DNA of 32,099 nt from Betaproteobacteria bacterium (GTDB taxonomy: Bacteria; Nitrospirota; UBA9217). The notes below the pieces were generated by a model. The model searched no databases, was not told the origin of the DNA, and saw nothing but the letters and a program-made list of their open reading frames with translations. Location of the stretch: assembly GCA_050257255.1 (NCBI GenBank), contig JBLMWN010000106.1:1-32099 (forward strand). The letters run 5' to 3'. Both the position numbers and the translations under genes were made by a program. Positions 19,042-26,801 of this stretch are shown here, one piece after another; position 1 is the first letter of the stretch, and every line of letters starts with the position of its first letter.

Positions 19042-19695
19042 ATGTCCATCGCTCAGAGCGCTGCATCTCGAGTCATATCTGAATTCGAAACATTGCTCCA
19101 AGAATCGGCGAAGACCCATGGCCACCTTTGCCCCGGCCAGGTGCTGGGAGTCAGGATGTCGCTTCTCGGCCTCGGGGAGATCGGCGTCTTGGACCCAAAG
19201 GGAAAAGACCGGAAAAGCATCATGGTCTTCGTCGAAATGGACAGGTGCGCCACGGATGCCGTACAGTCCGTCACGGGATGCAGCCTGGGACGCAGAACCA
19301 TGAAGTTCCTGGACTACGGCAAGATGGCGACGACGTTCCTGAACCTGAAGACGGGCAAGGCTATGCGGATCATTGCCCGTGAGGACTCTCGCGAGAAGAC
19401 ACGGCAGTATTTCCCTGACATTGAGAACAAATACGCGGCACAGCTTGAGGCATACAAGGTCATGTCCGATGCAGAGCTTTTCGACGTGATGGAGGTGACC
19501 GTTAAAGTCGCCCCCGAGGACTTGCCCGGGAGGCCGATGCGAAGGGTGCGGTGCGATTCGTGCGGCGAGCACGTTCAGGATATGAGAGAGGTCTATCGGA
19601 ACGGAAAGGTCCTGTGCCTTCCCTGCGCCGAGGGCGGCTACTATTACGAATCGAACAAACCCTTTTTGGCGGTGCGTTATGCGAAAAACCCATAA
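19042..19695 (+). CDS. FmdE/FwdE-family protein with C-terminal Zn finger
   Basis: HGHLCPGQVLG, VEMDRCATDAVQSVTGCSLG, CDSCGE...CLPC; RBS GGGAGG before ATG 19042. Confidence 0.88.
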   Translation: MSIAQSAASRVISEFETLLQESAKTHGHLCPGQVLGVRMSLLGLGEIGVLDPKGKDRKSIMVFVEMDRCATDAVQSVTGCSLGRRTMKFLDYGKMATTFLNLKTGKAMRIIAREDSREKTRQYFPDIENKYAAQLEAYKVMSDAELFDVMEVTVKVAPEDLPGRPMRRVRCDSCGEHVQDMREVYRNGKVLCLPCAEGGYYYESNKPFLAVRYAKNP

Positions 19696-19697
19696 CG
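19675..19697. promoter_or_regulatory. Candidate ModE operator overlapping the modE start codon
   Basis: Perfect inverted repeat CGTTATG-N9-CATAACG resembling ModE-box half-sites. Confidence 0.6.
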
Positions 19698-20042
19698 GCC
19701 TGGATATAAGATCAAAGATATGGATCGAGCTCAACGGTGAACCGGTCTTCAGCCGGGGCAGGCGCTTTCTCTTGGAGGCCATAGACACCCACGGTTCTAT
19801 CAACAAGGCGGCGCACGATGTCGACATCTCCTTCCGCAAGGCGTGGGGCCATATCAAAGCCATGGAAGAGCGGCTCGGCGAAGCTTGTGGACCGGCAAAC
19901 CGGCGGAAAGAATGGCGGAGGCACGAAGCTAACGGCTGATGCGCGGAAATTTTTGAAAAAATACGAAGCCCTGGAAAAAGGCATTCAAGAGTTCGTCGAT
20001 AAGCGATTCAGGACCATCTTCAAGGGAGGCTCCCATGTGTGA
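19679..20042 (+). pseudogene. modE: ModE-type winged-helix regulator (HTH only), frameshifted near 19880
   Basis: KIWIE..GEPVFSRGRRFLLEAIDTHGSINKAA..ISFRKAWGHIKAMEERLG continues in the next frame as KLVDRQTGGKNGGGTKLT; junction GGC-G-AAG-CTT. A sequencing error is possible. Confidence 0.8.
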
Positions 20043-21237
20043 CAGCGTTCATGATCAGCAAAGACATGGTACGAAATCCATACCCGTTCAGCAAGCCATC
20101 GGTACGGTCCTCGCCCACGACATAACCGAGATACGGCCTGGTGAATTCAAAGGCTGCGCTTTTAAGAAGGGGCACATAATCAGAGAAGAGGACGTTTGCC
20201 ATTTGCAGAGAATCGGCAAGGATCATCTCTTTGTGCTCCAGGTCGCCGAAGATGAAATGCACGAAAACGATGCAGCCTATGAGCTCGCGAACGCCTTGAT
20301 GGGAGAAGGGGTCGCTATCAAGGGAGAGCCAAGGGAAGGCAAGATCAGCATCATCGCGGACCGCGACGGCCTTCTTAAGATCAACAAGGATGCGCTCCTG
20401 GCGTTCAATATGCTGGGAGACGTCATGTGCGCCACACTTCATAACAATACGGTTGTCAAAACAGGACAGACCGTAGCAGGTACGAGAGCGATCCCGCTGG
20501 TCGTGAAGAAGAGCGTGGTTGAAGAAGCTGCCAGAATTGCGAGGGAAGTTCAAAGTTCCACGTTCAAGGTTCAAGGTTCGGAATCCGCACTCCGCAATCC
20601 TAAACCCGAAATGAATAAACCCAATGGAATCATAGAAGTCAAGGAACTCAGAAAGCCGAGAGCCGGCGTGGTCATCACGGGCAACGAAGTCTATCACGGC
20701 AGGATTAAGGACGCTTTCGCGCCGATCATTGCCAAAAAGATCGAAGCATGCGGCGGCGAGATCATGGGCATTTATTATGCTCCCGATGACGAGCACTATA
20801 TCGAAGACAGGCTGCGTGAACTTTTGAAAGCCGGCGCGGATCTTCTGGTCACCACTGGTGGCATGTCAGTCGACCCCGACGACGTGACCCGCTTTGCAAT
20901 TCGGAACCTCGGCGTGACGGACTTCATCTACGGCTCTGCCGTGCTGCCGGGAGCCATGTTTCTGGTGGCGTACCTTGAGAGAGTGCGGAGTCCGGAGTGC
21001 GAGGTTCGGAGTGAAGAAAACTCACAACATAAGACGCGAAACGCGGATCTGATCCCCATTCTGGGGATTCCCGCCTGCGGCATGTATGCGAAGACCACGG
21101 TTTTTGACCTGATGCTCCCTAGGGTCCTCGCTGGGGAGAGGCTCGGGAGGACGGATCTTGCCGAAATGGGACACGGCGGCTTGTGCATGCACTGCGAGGT
21201 CTGCCGTTACCCGGTTTGTCCCTTCGGGAAAGGGTAA
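20035..21237 (+). CDS. MoeA-like molybdopterin-binding protein with C-terminal Cys cluster
   Basis: AIGTVLAHDITEIRPGEFKG, VITGNEV, TGGMSVDPDDVT, YGSAVLPGAM, PACGMY, terminal GGLCMHCEVCRYPVCPFGKG. Confidence 0.85.
   Translation: MCDSVHDQQRHGTKSIPVQQAIGTVLAHDITEIRPGEFKGCAFKKGHIIREEDVCHLQRIGKDHLFVLQVAEDEMHENDAAYELANALMGEGVAIKGEPREGKISIIADRDGLLKINKDALLAFNMLGDVMCATLHNNTVVKTGQTVAGTRAIPLVVKKSVVEEAARIAREVQSSTFKVQGSESALRNPKPEMNKPNGIIEVKELRKPRAGVVITGNEVYHGRIKDAFAPIIAKKIEACGGEIMGIYYAPDDEHYIEDRLRELLKAGADLLVTTGGMSVDPDDVTRFAIRNLGVTDFIYGSAVLPGAMFLVAYLERVRSPECEVRSEENSQHKTRNADLIPILGIPACGMYAKTTVFDLMLPRVLAGERLGRTDLAEMGHGGLCMHCEVCRYPVCPFGKG
20548..20610. repeat. In-frame heptamer tandem repeat inside the MoeA-like gene
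   Basis: GTTCAAA GTTCCAC GTTCAAG GTTCAAG GTTCGGA ATCCGCA CTCCGCA ATCCTAA ACCCGAA (9 units, 63 bp). Confidence 0.8.
20981..21015. repeat. Second heptamer tandem repeat inside the MoeA-like gene
   Basis: GAGTGCG GAGTCCG GAGTGCG AGGTTCG GAGTGAA. Confidence 0.75.
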
Positions 21238-21372
21238 ACGAACAGTTATGTGATCGGGCTTTATTTGCGGGATCGAATATAATTTTTATGCCCTTGCCTC
21301 GAGACCCCTGCCTCCTTCCGGAAAGCCACTTGTAAAGTAAAATTGAGGTGCTTTTGATAACAAAATTAAAGA

Positions 21373-21402
21373 TTGACAGTACCTATCTCTTTGATTTATT
21401 AT
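21373..21402 (+). promoter_or_regulatory. sigma70-like promoter pointing into the att-like repeat
   Basis: TTGACA (21373-21378), 18 bp spacer, TATTAT (21397-21402). Confidence 0.55.
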
Positions 21403-21423
21403 CTTTCCGGGTCCGGGGCAGCA

Positions 21424-21451
21424 GCGGGTTTAAGACCCGTCGCCCGCTCCA
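21424..21451 (+). repeat. Duplicated tRNA-Gly 3' end (att-like direct repeat)
   Basis: GCGGGTTTAAGACCCGTCGCCCGCTCCA vs tRNA GCGGGTTCGAAACCCGTCGCCCGCTCCA; three mismatches, all in the T loop. Confidence 0.88.
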
Positions 21452-21490
21452 TTTAAATTAAACAGCATTCCATCCGTTACTATACTGTGA

Positions 21491-21521
21491 CCCCGCCTGA
21501 TGATACAGGTGGGGGTTTTTT
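21491..21521 (+). terminator. Intrinsic terminator downstream of the tRNA-end repeat
   Basis: CCCCGCCTG-ATGATA-CAGGTGGGG stem followed by GTTTTTT. Confidence 0.75.
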
Positions 21522-21535
21522 GTCTAGGAAACGCC

Positions 21536-22189
21536 ATGGCATCACTAATATTAAACATTCTGTTTGCAGTTGCCCTGTTTTTTTGCGGTCCTGCATGGGC
21601 GGAAGACCGGGTCGTGATCGCGGATTTTTCGTCCGGCGTCGATTCTGCAGGCATACCGGTCGGGTGGCAGGTTAAAGAAAAATCCGGCAAGGCGGATTTC
21701 TCGGTCGTCAAGGACGGCGACATCTCAGCGGTTCGGTTCCGGAGCGCGAACACGTCTTTCTCCCTCCAAAGAGAAGTGAATGTGGACCTCAAGAAGTTCC
21801 CGATTCTCACCTGGAAATGGAAAGTGACCAAACTGCCGGCTGGAGGGGATTTCAGAAAATCGAAGACCGATGATCAGGCTGCGCAACTCTTCGTTGCATT
21901 CACCAAGACCAAGTCGATCGTCTACATCTGGGACACGAGCGCACCGCAGGGTCTTTCGGAGGACACGACGCCGGTTCCCTTCATGCATGTCAAGGTGGTA
22001 GTCGTGCGATCCGGTCCTGCAGGGACGGGGATGTGGATCACCGAGACCCGGAACGTATATGAAGATTACAAGAAGCTCTTTGGCGAGGAACCACCACCGG
22101 TAAACGGCATGCGGCTCCAGATTAACTCTCAGCACACCGGGACATCGGCCGAGAGTTACTTTGCGGATGTAGCGTTTAAAAAACAGTGA
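21536..22189 (+). CDS. DUF3047-family exported protein
   Basis: Signal peptide ..PAWA; PILTWKWKV, DDQAAQLFVAF, IVYIWD, WITETRNVYEDYKKLFGEEPP, SQHTG..AESYF. Confidence 0.8.
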   Translation: MASLILNILFAVALFFCGPAWAEDRVVIADFSSGVDSAGIPVGWQVKEKSGKADFSVVKDGDISAVRFRSANTSFSLQREVNVDLKKFPILTWKWKVTKLPAGGDFRKSKTDDQAAQLFVAFTKTKSIVYIWDTSAPQGLSEDTTPVPFMHVKVVVVRSGPAGTGMWITETRNVYEDYKKLFGEEPPPVNGMRLQINSQHTGTSAESYFADVAFKKQ

Positions 22190-22200
22190 AGCGGTTTTTG

Positions 22201-22268
22201 CCACGAACTTGCACGGGAATTAGGCATCAGAACGATTCAATCCGTGTTCATCAGTGTTCATCCATGGT
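22201..22268. repeat. Intergenic decamer repeat element
   Basis: ATCCGTGTTC ATCAGTGTTC ATCCATGG with loosely complementary left arm CCACGAACTT GCACGGGAAT. Confidence 0.6.
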
Positions 22269-22289
22269 CCCAATGATTTAGGCTTTTCG

Positions 22290-22811
22290 ATGGCAGGGAA
22301 AATTTATTTCATCACCGGCGGAGCGCGTTCGGGGAAGTCGGCATATGCCGAGAATCTTGCACGCGGCCTGACCGGCAAGCGGGCATACATCGCGACGGCA
22401 CAGGCGCTTGATGCCGAAATGGCGGCGAAGATCGCAAAACACCGCAAGGACCGCGGCGACACCTGGGATACCTATGAAGAGCCGCTTGCCGTGGCGGAGC
22501 TCCTGCGGAAACTCTCAAGCCGGTACCAGGTGGCGCTCCTCGACTGTCTCACGCTCTGGCTGAGCAATGTCATGGCGCATACGCACGGCGACGACGCTGC
22601 TCTCTCCCGCGTAGAAGACCTGGTGAAGGCCATTACAGACTTCGGCGGCATGTGCATCGTGGTATCGAACGAGGTAGGGCTCGGCATTGTGCCTGACAAT
22701 CCGCTTGCAAGGAGATTCCGGGATTTCGCCGGGATGCTGAATCAAAAGGTTGCGCAAACAGCGGATGAAGTGTATTTTACGGCTGCGGGAATACCGGTGA
22801 GAATAAAATAA
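22290..22811 (+). CDS. cobU: Adenosylcobinamide kinase / adenosylcobinamide-phosphate guanylyltransferase
   Basis: ITGGARSGKS, YIATA, TYEEP, DCLTLWLSN, VSNEVGLGIVP, RRFRD. Confidence 0.95.
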   Translation: MAGKIYFITGGARSGKSAYAENLARGLTGKRAYIATAQALDAEMAAKIAKHRKDRGDTWDTYEEPLAVAELLRKLSSRYQVALLDCLTLWLSNVMAHTHGDDAALSRVEDLVKAITDFGGMCIVVSNEVGLGIVPDNPLARRFRDFAGMLNQKVAQTADEVYFTAAGIPVRIK

Positions 22812-22848
22812 CGTAGGACGTAAGGAGTGAGGAGTTGGAGTTCGGAAT
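22811..22848. repeat. Intergenic heptamer repeat between cobU and cobT
   Basis: ACGTAGG ACGTAAG GAGTGAG GAGTTG GAGTTCG GAAT. Confidence 0.55.
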
Positions 22849-22884
22849 AAAAAAGCATGGTGATAGGCTGAGAGGAGAAAAACC

Positions 22885-23964
22885 GTGGGAAAATTGCAAG
22901 AGGTCCTGAAAAAGATTCAGCCGGTCGATGTTTCGCGCACCAACGCCATCCAGGCGCAGCTCGATAACCTGACGAAGCCGCAAGGGAGCCTCGGCAGGCT
23001 TGAAGAGCTTGCGAAGAAATACTGCCTTATTACAGGCAAAGACAAGCCGAAGATCCGGAACAAGATCATTTTCACCTTCGCTGGCGACCACGGGGTGACC
23101 GAGGAAAACGTGAGCGCCTGGCCGAAAGAGGTGACTCGCCAGATGGTCTTCAACTTCCTTCACGGCGGCGCCGGCGTGAACGTACTCGCAAAGCATGTTG
23201 GCGCGCGGGTAATTGTGGTTGACATAGGCGTTGATTACGAGTTTGAGCCCATGGAAGGGCTTGAGGTCCGGAAGATCGGCCACGGGACGAAGAATATGAC
23301 GAAGGGCCCGGCCATGACGCGCGAAGAAGCGGAGCGCGCGATACTCGCCGGCATCGAACTGGTGGACAAGTACAAGGACGGCCTCGACCTGCTCGGGACC
23401 GGGGACATGGGCATCGGGAATACTACGCCTTCGTCCGCAATTGTCTCGGTCATCACGGGAGTTGATCCGGAAAAGGTTACCGGCCGGGGTACGGGTATTA
23501 GCGACCGGGCCCTCCAGGTCAAGGCTACCGTCATTCGAAATGCGATCGCCGTCAACAAGCCAAATCCCAAGGACGGCCTCGACGTGCTGGCCAAGGTCGG
23601 CGGCTACGAGATCGCTGGCATTGCCGGCCTCGTGCTCGGCGCCGCACTGCACCGTATCCCCGTGGTGATCGACGGCTTCATTTCCACCGCCGGCGCGCTC
23701 ATCGCAGCCGAGCTGAATCCCCTGGTCAAAGGATACATGATCGCCGCGCACCAATCCGTTGAAATCGGACACCGCAGGATGCTGGAGCACCTTGAGCAGA
23801 TACCGCTCCTCGACCTGAACCTCCGTCTGGGCGAGGGCACGGGCGCGGCGCTCGGGATGTCGCTTGTAGAAGCGGGCGTCAAGATCCTCGGCGAGATGAC
23901 GACCTTTGCCGATGCGGGCGTTGCCGAGAAAAGCAGCGAAGAGGTAAAGGCGTCAAGGCGATAG
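22885..23964 (+). CDS. cobT: Nicotinate-nucleotide:dimethylbenzimidazole phosphoribosyltransferase
   Basis: [41 protein letters not shown]; GTG start with RBS GAGGAG. Confidence 0.96.
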   Translation: MGKLQEVLKKIQPVDVSRTNAIQAQLDNLTKPQGSLGRLEELAKKYCLITGKDKPKIRNKIIFTFAGDHGVTEENVSAWPKEVTRQMVFNFLHGGAGVNVLAKHVGARVIVVDIGVDYEFEPMEGLEVRKIGHGTKNMTKGPAMTREEAERAILAGIELVDKYKDGLDLLGTGDMGIGNTTPSSAIVSVITGVDPEKVTGRGTGISDRALQVKATVIRNAIAVNKPNPKDGLDVLAKVGGYEIAGIAGLVLGAALHRIPVVIDGFISTAGALIAAELNPLVKGYMIAAHQSVEIGHRRMLEHLEQIPLLDLNLRLGEGTGAALGMSLVEAGVKILGEMTTFADAGVAEKSSEEVKASRR

Positions 23965-24101
23965 GTCGTGATGTATAAAGAGTATGGCGTGACGGCAGCT
24001 TGGAGCGTATCAGCAGACTGAGACGGCCCGATTAAAACAAGGGAAGTTTTCAACGCGCGTGGCTGCCTCATGAGGCGAGGAAGGAGAACCAAAAAAGAGC
24101 G

Positions 24102-24887
24102 ATGGTCAAAAACTTCATTACTGCATTGCAGTTTCTGACGATATTCACCGTGAGCAAGAAGCACACTACCGAGGAAGGGGACCTGGCGAAATCCATGGTG
24201 TATTTCCCGGTGATCGGCTTTTTGATCGGCCTTATTCTGGTATATGCCGACAAGTTTTTTACCGTGGCGGCACTGCCTCAAACCATCGGCAATCTTCTCC
24301 TCCTGGCTCTTGTGGCTCTGGCCACACGGGCTCTGCACATCGACGGCCTGGCCGACACGTGCGACGGCATCATGGGAGGAAAAGACCACGGGTCGCGTCT
24401 CTCCATTATGAAGGACAGCAGGCTCGGGACTGCCGGAGCGCTCAGCATTATGTTCGTCATGTTTCTCAAGTACCTGTGTCTCAACAACCTGTACAACAGC
24501 GAGAAGGTGGCGGCCCTTTTGACCGCCCCGATGCTTGGGCGCTGGTCGCAGACTCTTATGGTGTTCAAGGCGAACTATGGCCGCGAGGACGGTATGGGCA
24601 GGGTCTTCGTCGGGCACCTTCGTTCCAGCGGCCTGATCGCGGCATCGGTGATAGCAGCCGGCCTGACGTCATTCGTAATTATCCGAGAATACGGCGAGAC
24701 CCTGGACCCCAGGTCGGTATTTCTCGTCTTGAGCCTGATCAGCGGGGTCCCCGTGTTGACCTACGTCGGGAAACGGTACCTAGTCAGGAAGCTCGGCGGA
24801 GTCACCGGCGATGCGATCGGCGCAATGAGCGAACTGAACGAGGTACTGGTGTTCCTCCTTTTTGTGATACTGTCATTCGGAAGTTAG
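24102..24887 (+). CDS. cobS: Adenosylcobinamide-GDP ribazoletransferase (cobalamin synthase)
   Basis: ALQFLT, LHIDGLADTCDG, IMKDSRLG, GGVTGDAIGA; multi-pass membrane protein. Confidence 0.95.
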   Translation: MVKNFITALQFLTIFTVSKKHTTEEGDLAKSMVYFPVIGFLIGLILVYADKFFTVAALPQTIGNLLLLALVALATRALHIDGLADTCDGIMGGKDHGSRLSIMKDSRLGTAGALSIMFVMFLKYLCLNNLYNSEKVAALLTAPMLGRWSQTLMVFKANYGREDGMGRVFVGHLRSSGLIAASVIAAGLTSFVIIREYGETLDPRSVFLVLSLISGVPVLTYVGKRYLVRKLGGVTGDAIGAMSELNEVLVFLLFVILSFGS

Positions 24888-24891
24888 TCCT

Positions 24892-25488
24892 ATGCCTACC
24901 AGAGTGTACCTCATGCGCCACGGCGAGGTGGAGAACGGCGGCGAGAAGCGGTACAACGGCCATATCGATGTTGATATCACCGAGATCGGCGTTCAGCAGA
25001 TGCAGCGGCTTGCCGGACTGCTGTCCGTGAAGAGCATCTCTGGCCTGTATTCGAGCGATCTTATACGGTCGAGGAAAGGCGTCGAGATCATCTCCAAACA
25101 TGTCGGGGTGCCGTTCACTCCGCTGCGCGAGCTGAGGGAGCGAAGTGTGGGCGCATGGGAGGGGTTGACAGCCGAAGAGATCAGGGTGCGCTTTCCCTCA
25201 GAATATGCAAGATGGCGCGCAGACCTCCTCAACTACCGTCCTCCGGGCGGCGAATGTCTGATTGATGTAAAGGACCGCATACTGCCAGTATTCAAGCGGT
25301 TGACGGCATTGCATCCAAATCAGGAGATCGGCATGCTGCTCCACGGCGGCGTGAACCGGCTGATCCTTGCCGACGCGCTCGGCATGGACATGATGAACCT
25401 CTTCCGGATCGATCAGGCTTTCGGCGCGCTGAACATCATCGATTACCAGGAAGACGGAATGGCCGTGGTCAAGCTGCTGAATGGTTAA
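24892..25488 (+). CDS. cobC: Alpha-ribazole-phosphate phosphatase (histidine phosphatase family)
   Basis: RHGE, YSSDL, G.WEGL, PPGGE, HGGV; directly follows cobS. Confidence 0.85.
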   Translation: MPTRVYLMRHGEVENGGEKRYNGHIDVDITEIGVQQMQRLAGLLSVKSISGLYSSDLIRSRKGVEIISKHVGVPFTPLRELRERSVGAWEGLTAEEIRVRFPSEYARWRADLLNYRPPGGECLIDVKDRILPVFKRLTALHPNQEIGMLLHGGVNRLILADALGMDMMNLFRIDQAFGALNIIDYQEDGMAVVKLLNG

Positions 25489-25547
25489 AAGTGCTCGAAA
25501 AGCTATTGACTTTGACTTGCCGGTCCTGTATTGTACAACCATCATAA

Positions 25548-25632
25548 AGCTGGGGGAGCCGAATTGGCTGAGAGTCCTGCGGGAGGACGACCCTTAGAAC
25601 CTGATCCGGGTTGTGCCGGCGTAGGGAAGGCG
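25548..25632 (+). ncRNA. TPP riboswitch aptamer
   Basis: GGGGAGCC..GGCTGAGA...ACCCTTAGAACCTGATCCGG....GCCGGCGTAGGGAA; upstream of the thi operon; candidate promoter TTGACT(25506)-17-TATTGT(25529). Confidence 0.95.
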
Positions 25633-25659
25633 AATAATAAGCAACATAAAACCCTTCGT

Positions 25660-25685
25660 GCCGTATCTCCGGATACGGCTTTTTT
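25660..25685 (+). terminator. Riboswitch expression-platform terminator
   Basis: GCCGTATC-TCCG-GATACGGC-TTTTTT between the aptamer and thiS. Confidence 0.85.
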
Positions 25686-25703
25686 GCGTTTATAAGGAAA
25701 TGC

Positions 25704-25934
25704 ATGAACATTACACTGAATGGAGAGAAAAAGACCGTGCCTGACTCCATTACGGTCCTTGGCCTGCTTGAGTTCTTGAAAATCCAGCATCGGCGGGTGG
25801 CGGTCGAGCTGAACGAGACGATCGTGAAGAAAGACCGGTACGCGCTGATGACGCTGAAGGAAGGCGACACTCTGGAAGTGGTGAGTTTCATGGGAGGAGG
25901 CGAGTCGTTTGCGTCACATAAGCACTCCAGATGA
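25704..25934 (+). CDS. thiS: Sulfur carrier protein ThiS with C-terminal extension
   Basis: MNITLNGE, VAVELN, LKEGD.LEVVSFMGGG followed by ESFASHKHSR. Confidence 0.92.
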   Translation: MNITLNGEKKTVPDSITVLGLLEFLKIQHRRVAVELNETIVKKDRYALMTLKEGDTLEVVSFMGGGESFASHKHSR

Positions 25935-25969
25935 CGCAGAGATCGCGGAGAAAATATCCGAGGTGAAAA

Positions 25970-26749
25970 ATGCATGACGATAGACTGATCATTGCGGGAA
26001 TTGAGTTTCTGTCCCGGCTCTGGGTAGGTACGGGAAAGTACAAGGATTTCGCGGAAACGAAGAAGGCCATCGAGGTTTCCGGCACGGACGTCGTTACCGT
26101 GTCGGTCCGGCGCGTGAACATCATCGACAAGAGCAAGGAAAATCTGCTCGATTACATCGATCCGAAGAAGTACAAGATACTGCCGAACACGGCTGGCTGC
26201 TACACGGCAAAGGACGCAATCCGCACGGCCATGCTGGCGGCAGAGGCGGGAATCACGAAGCTCGTGAAGCTCGAGGTCATCGGAGATCAGAAAACATTGT
26301 TCCCGGACAATGAGGCCACGCTCGAGGCCGCCAAAGTCCTGCTGAAGGAAGGTCTCATTGTGCTCCCGTACACGAGCGACGATCCGATCATGGCGAAGAA
26401 ACTGGTGGACCTCGGTTGTCCTGCAGTCATGCCGCTTGCTGCGCCGATCGGCTCGGGCCTCGGCATCAGAAACCCCTACAATATCCGCATCATCATGGAG
26501 ACCGTGAAAGTACCGGTGGTTGTTGATGCGGGCGTCGGCACGGCTTCCGACGTAGCGCTTGCCATGGAGCTTGGATGCGACGCGGTGCTCTTGAATACTG
26601 CGATTGCCGGGGCCAAGGACCCAATCGCGATGGCCGAGGCGATGAAGTACGGTGTGCTCGCAGGCAGGCTTGCATACAAGGCTGGCAGGATTCAAAAGAA
26701 ACTCTACGCCACCGCGAGCAGCCCGATTGAAGGATTGATCGGGAGCTGA
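25970..26749 (+). CDS. thiG: Thiazole synthase
   Basis: [45 protein letters not shown]. Confidence 0.97.
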   Translation: MHDDRLIIAGIEFLSRLWVGTGKYKDFAETKKAIEVSGTDVVTVSVRRVNIIDKSKENLLDYIDPKKYKILPNTAGCYTAKDAIRTAMLAAEAGITKLVKLEVIGDQKTLFPDNEATLEAAKVLLKEGLIVLPYTSDDPIMAKKLVDLGCPAVMPLAAPIGSGLGIRNPYNIRIIMETVKVPVVVDAGVGTASDVALAMELGCDAVLLNTAIAGAKDPIAMAEAMKYGVLAGRLAYKAGRIQKKLYATASSPIEGLIGS

Positions 26750-26801
26750 GAACAGAGAGAAAAACTATACTCCATGCACTATGATCTTATGGAGGGATTT
26801 A

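Larger units (their letters stand above)
12079..21451. mobile_element. Putative degenerate genomic island integrated at the tRNA-Gly 3' end (no integrase recognised)
   Basis: Direct repeat of the tRNA 3' 28 nt (12051-12078 vs 21424-21451, 25/28 identical, last 17 nt identical); AT-rich stretches near both ends; accessory cargo. Confidence 0.65.

Noticed and set aside
19655-19680. Programmed ribosomal frameshift fusing FmdE to ModE at CCC TTT TTG
   Set aside because: No in-frame -1 slippery heptamer; a +1 shift is conceivable but unsupported, and an overlapping ATG exists.
21290-21335. Moco riboswitch-like GCCTCC..GGAAAG
   Set aside because: Upstream conserved stems are missing, and it lies downstream of the Mo genes rather than in a leader.
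23965-24101. Cobalamin riboswitch in the cobT-cobS spacer (TTAAAACAAGGGAAG; GGCAGC...GCTGCC)
   Set aside because: No GCCACTG or B12-box elements in the right order; the 16-codon ORF there has no support.
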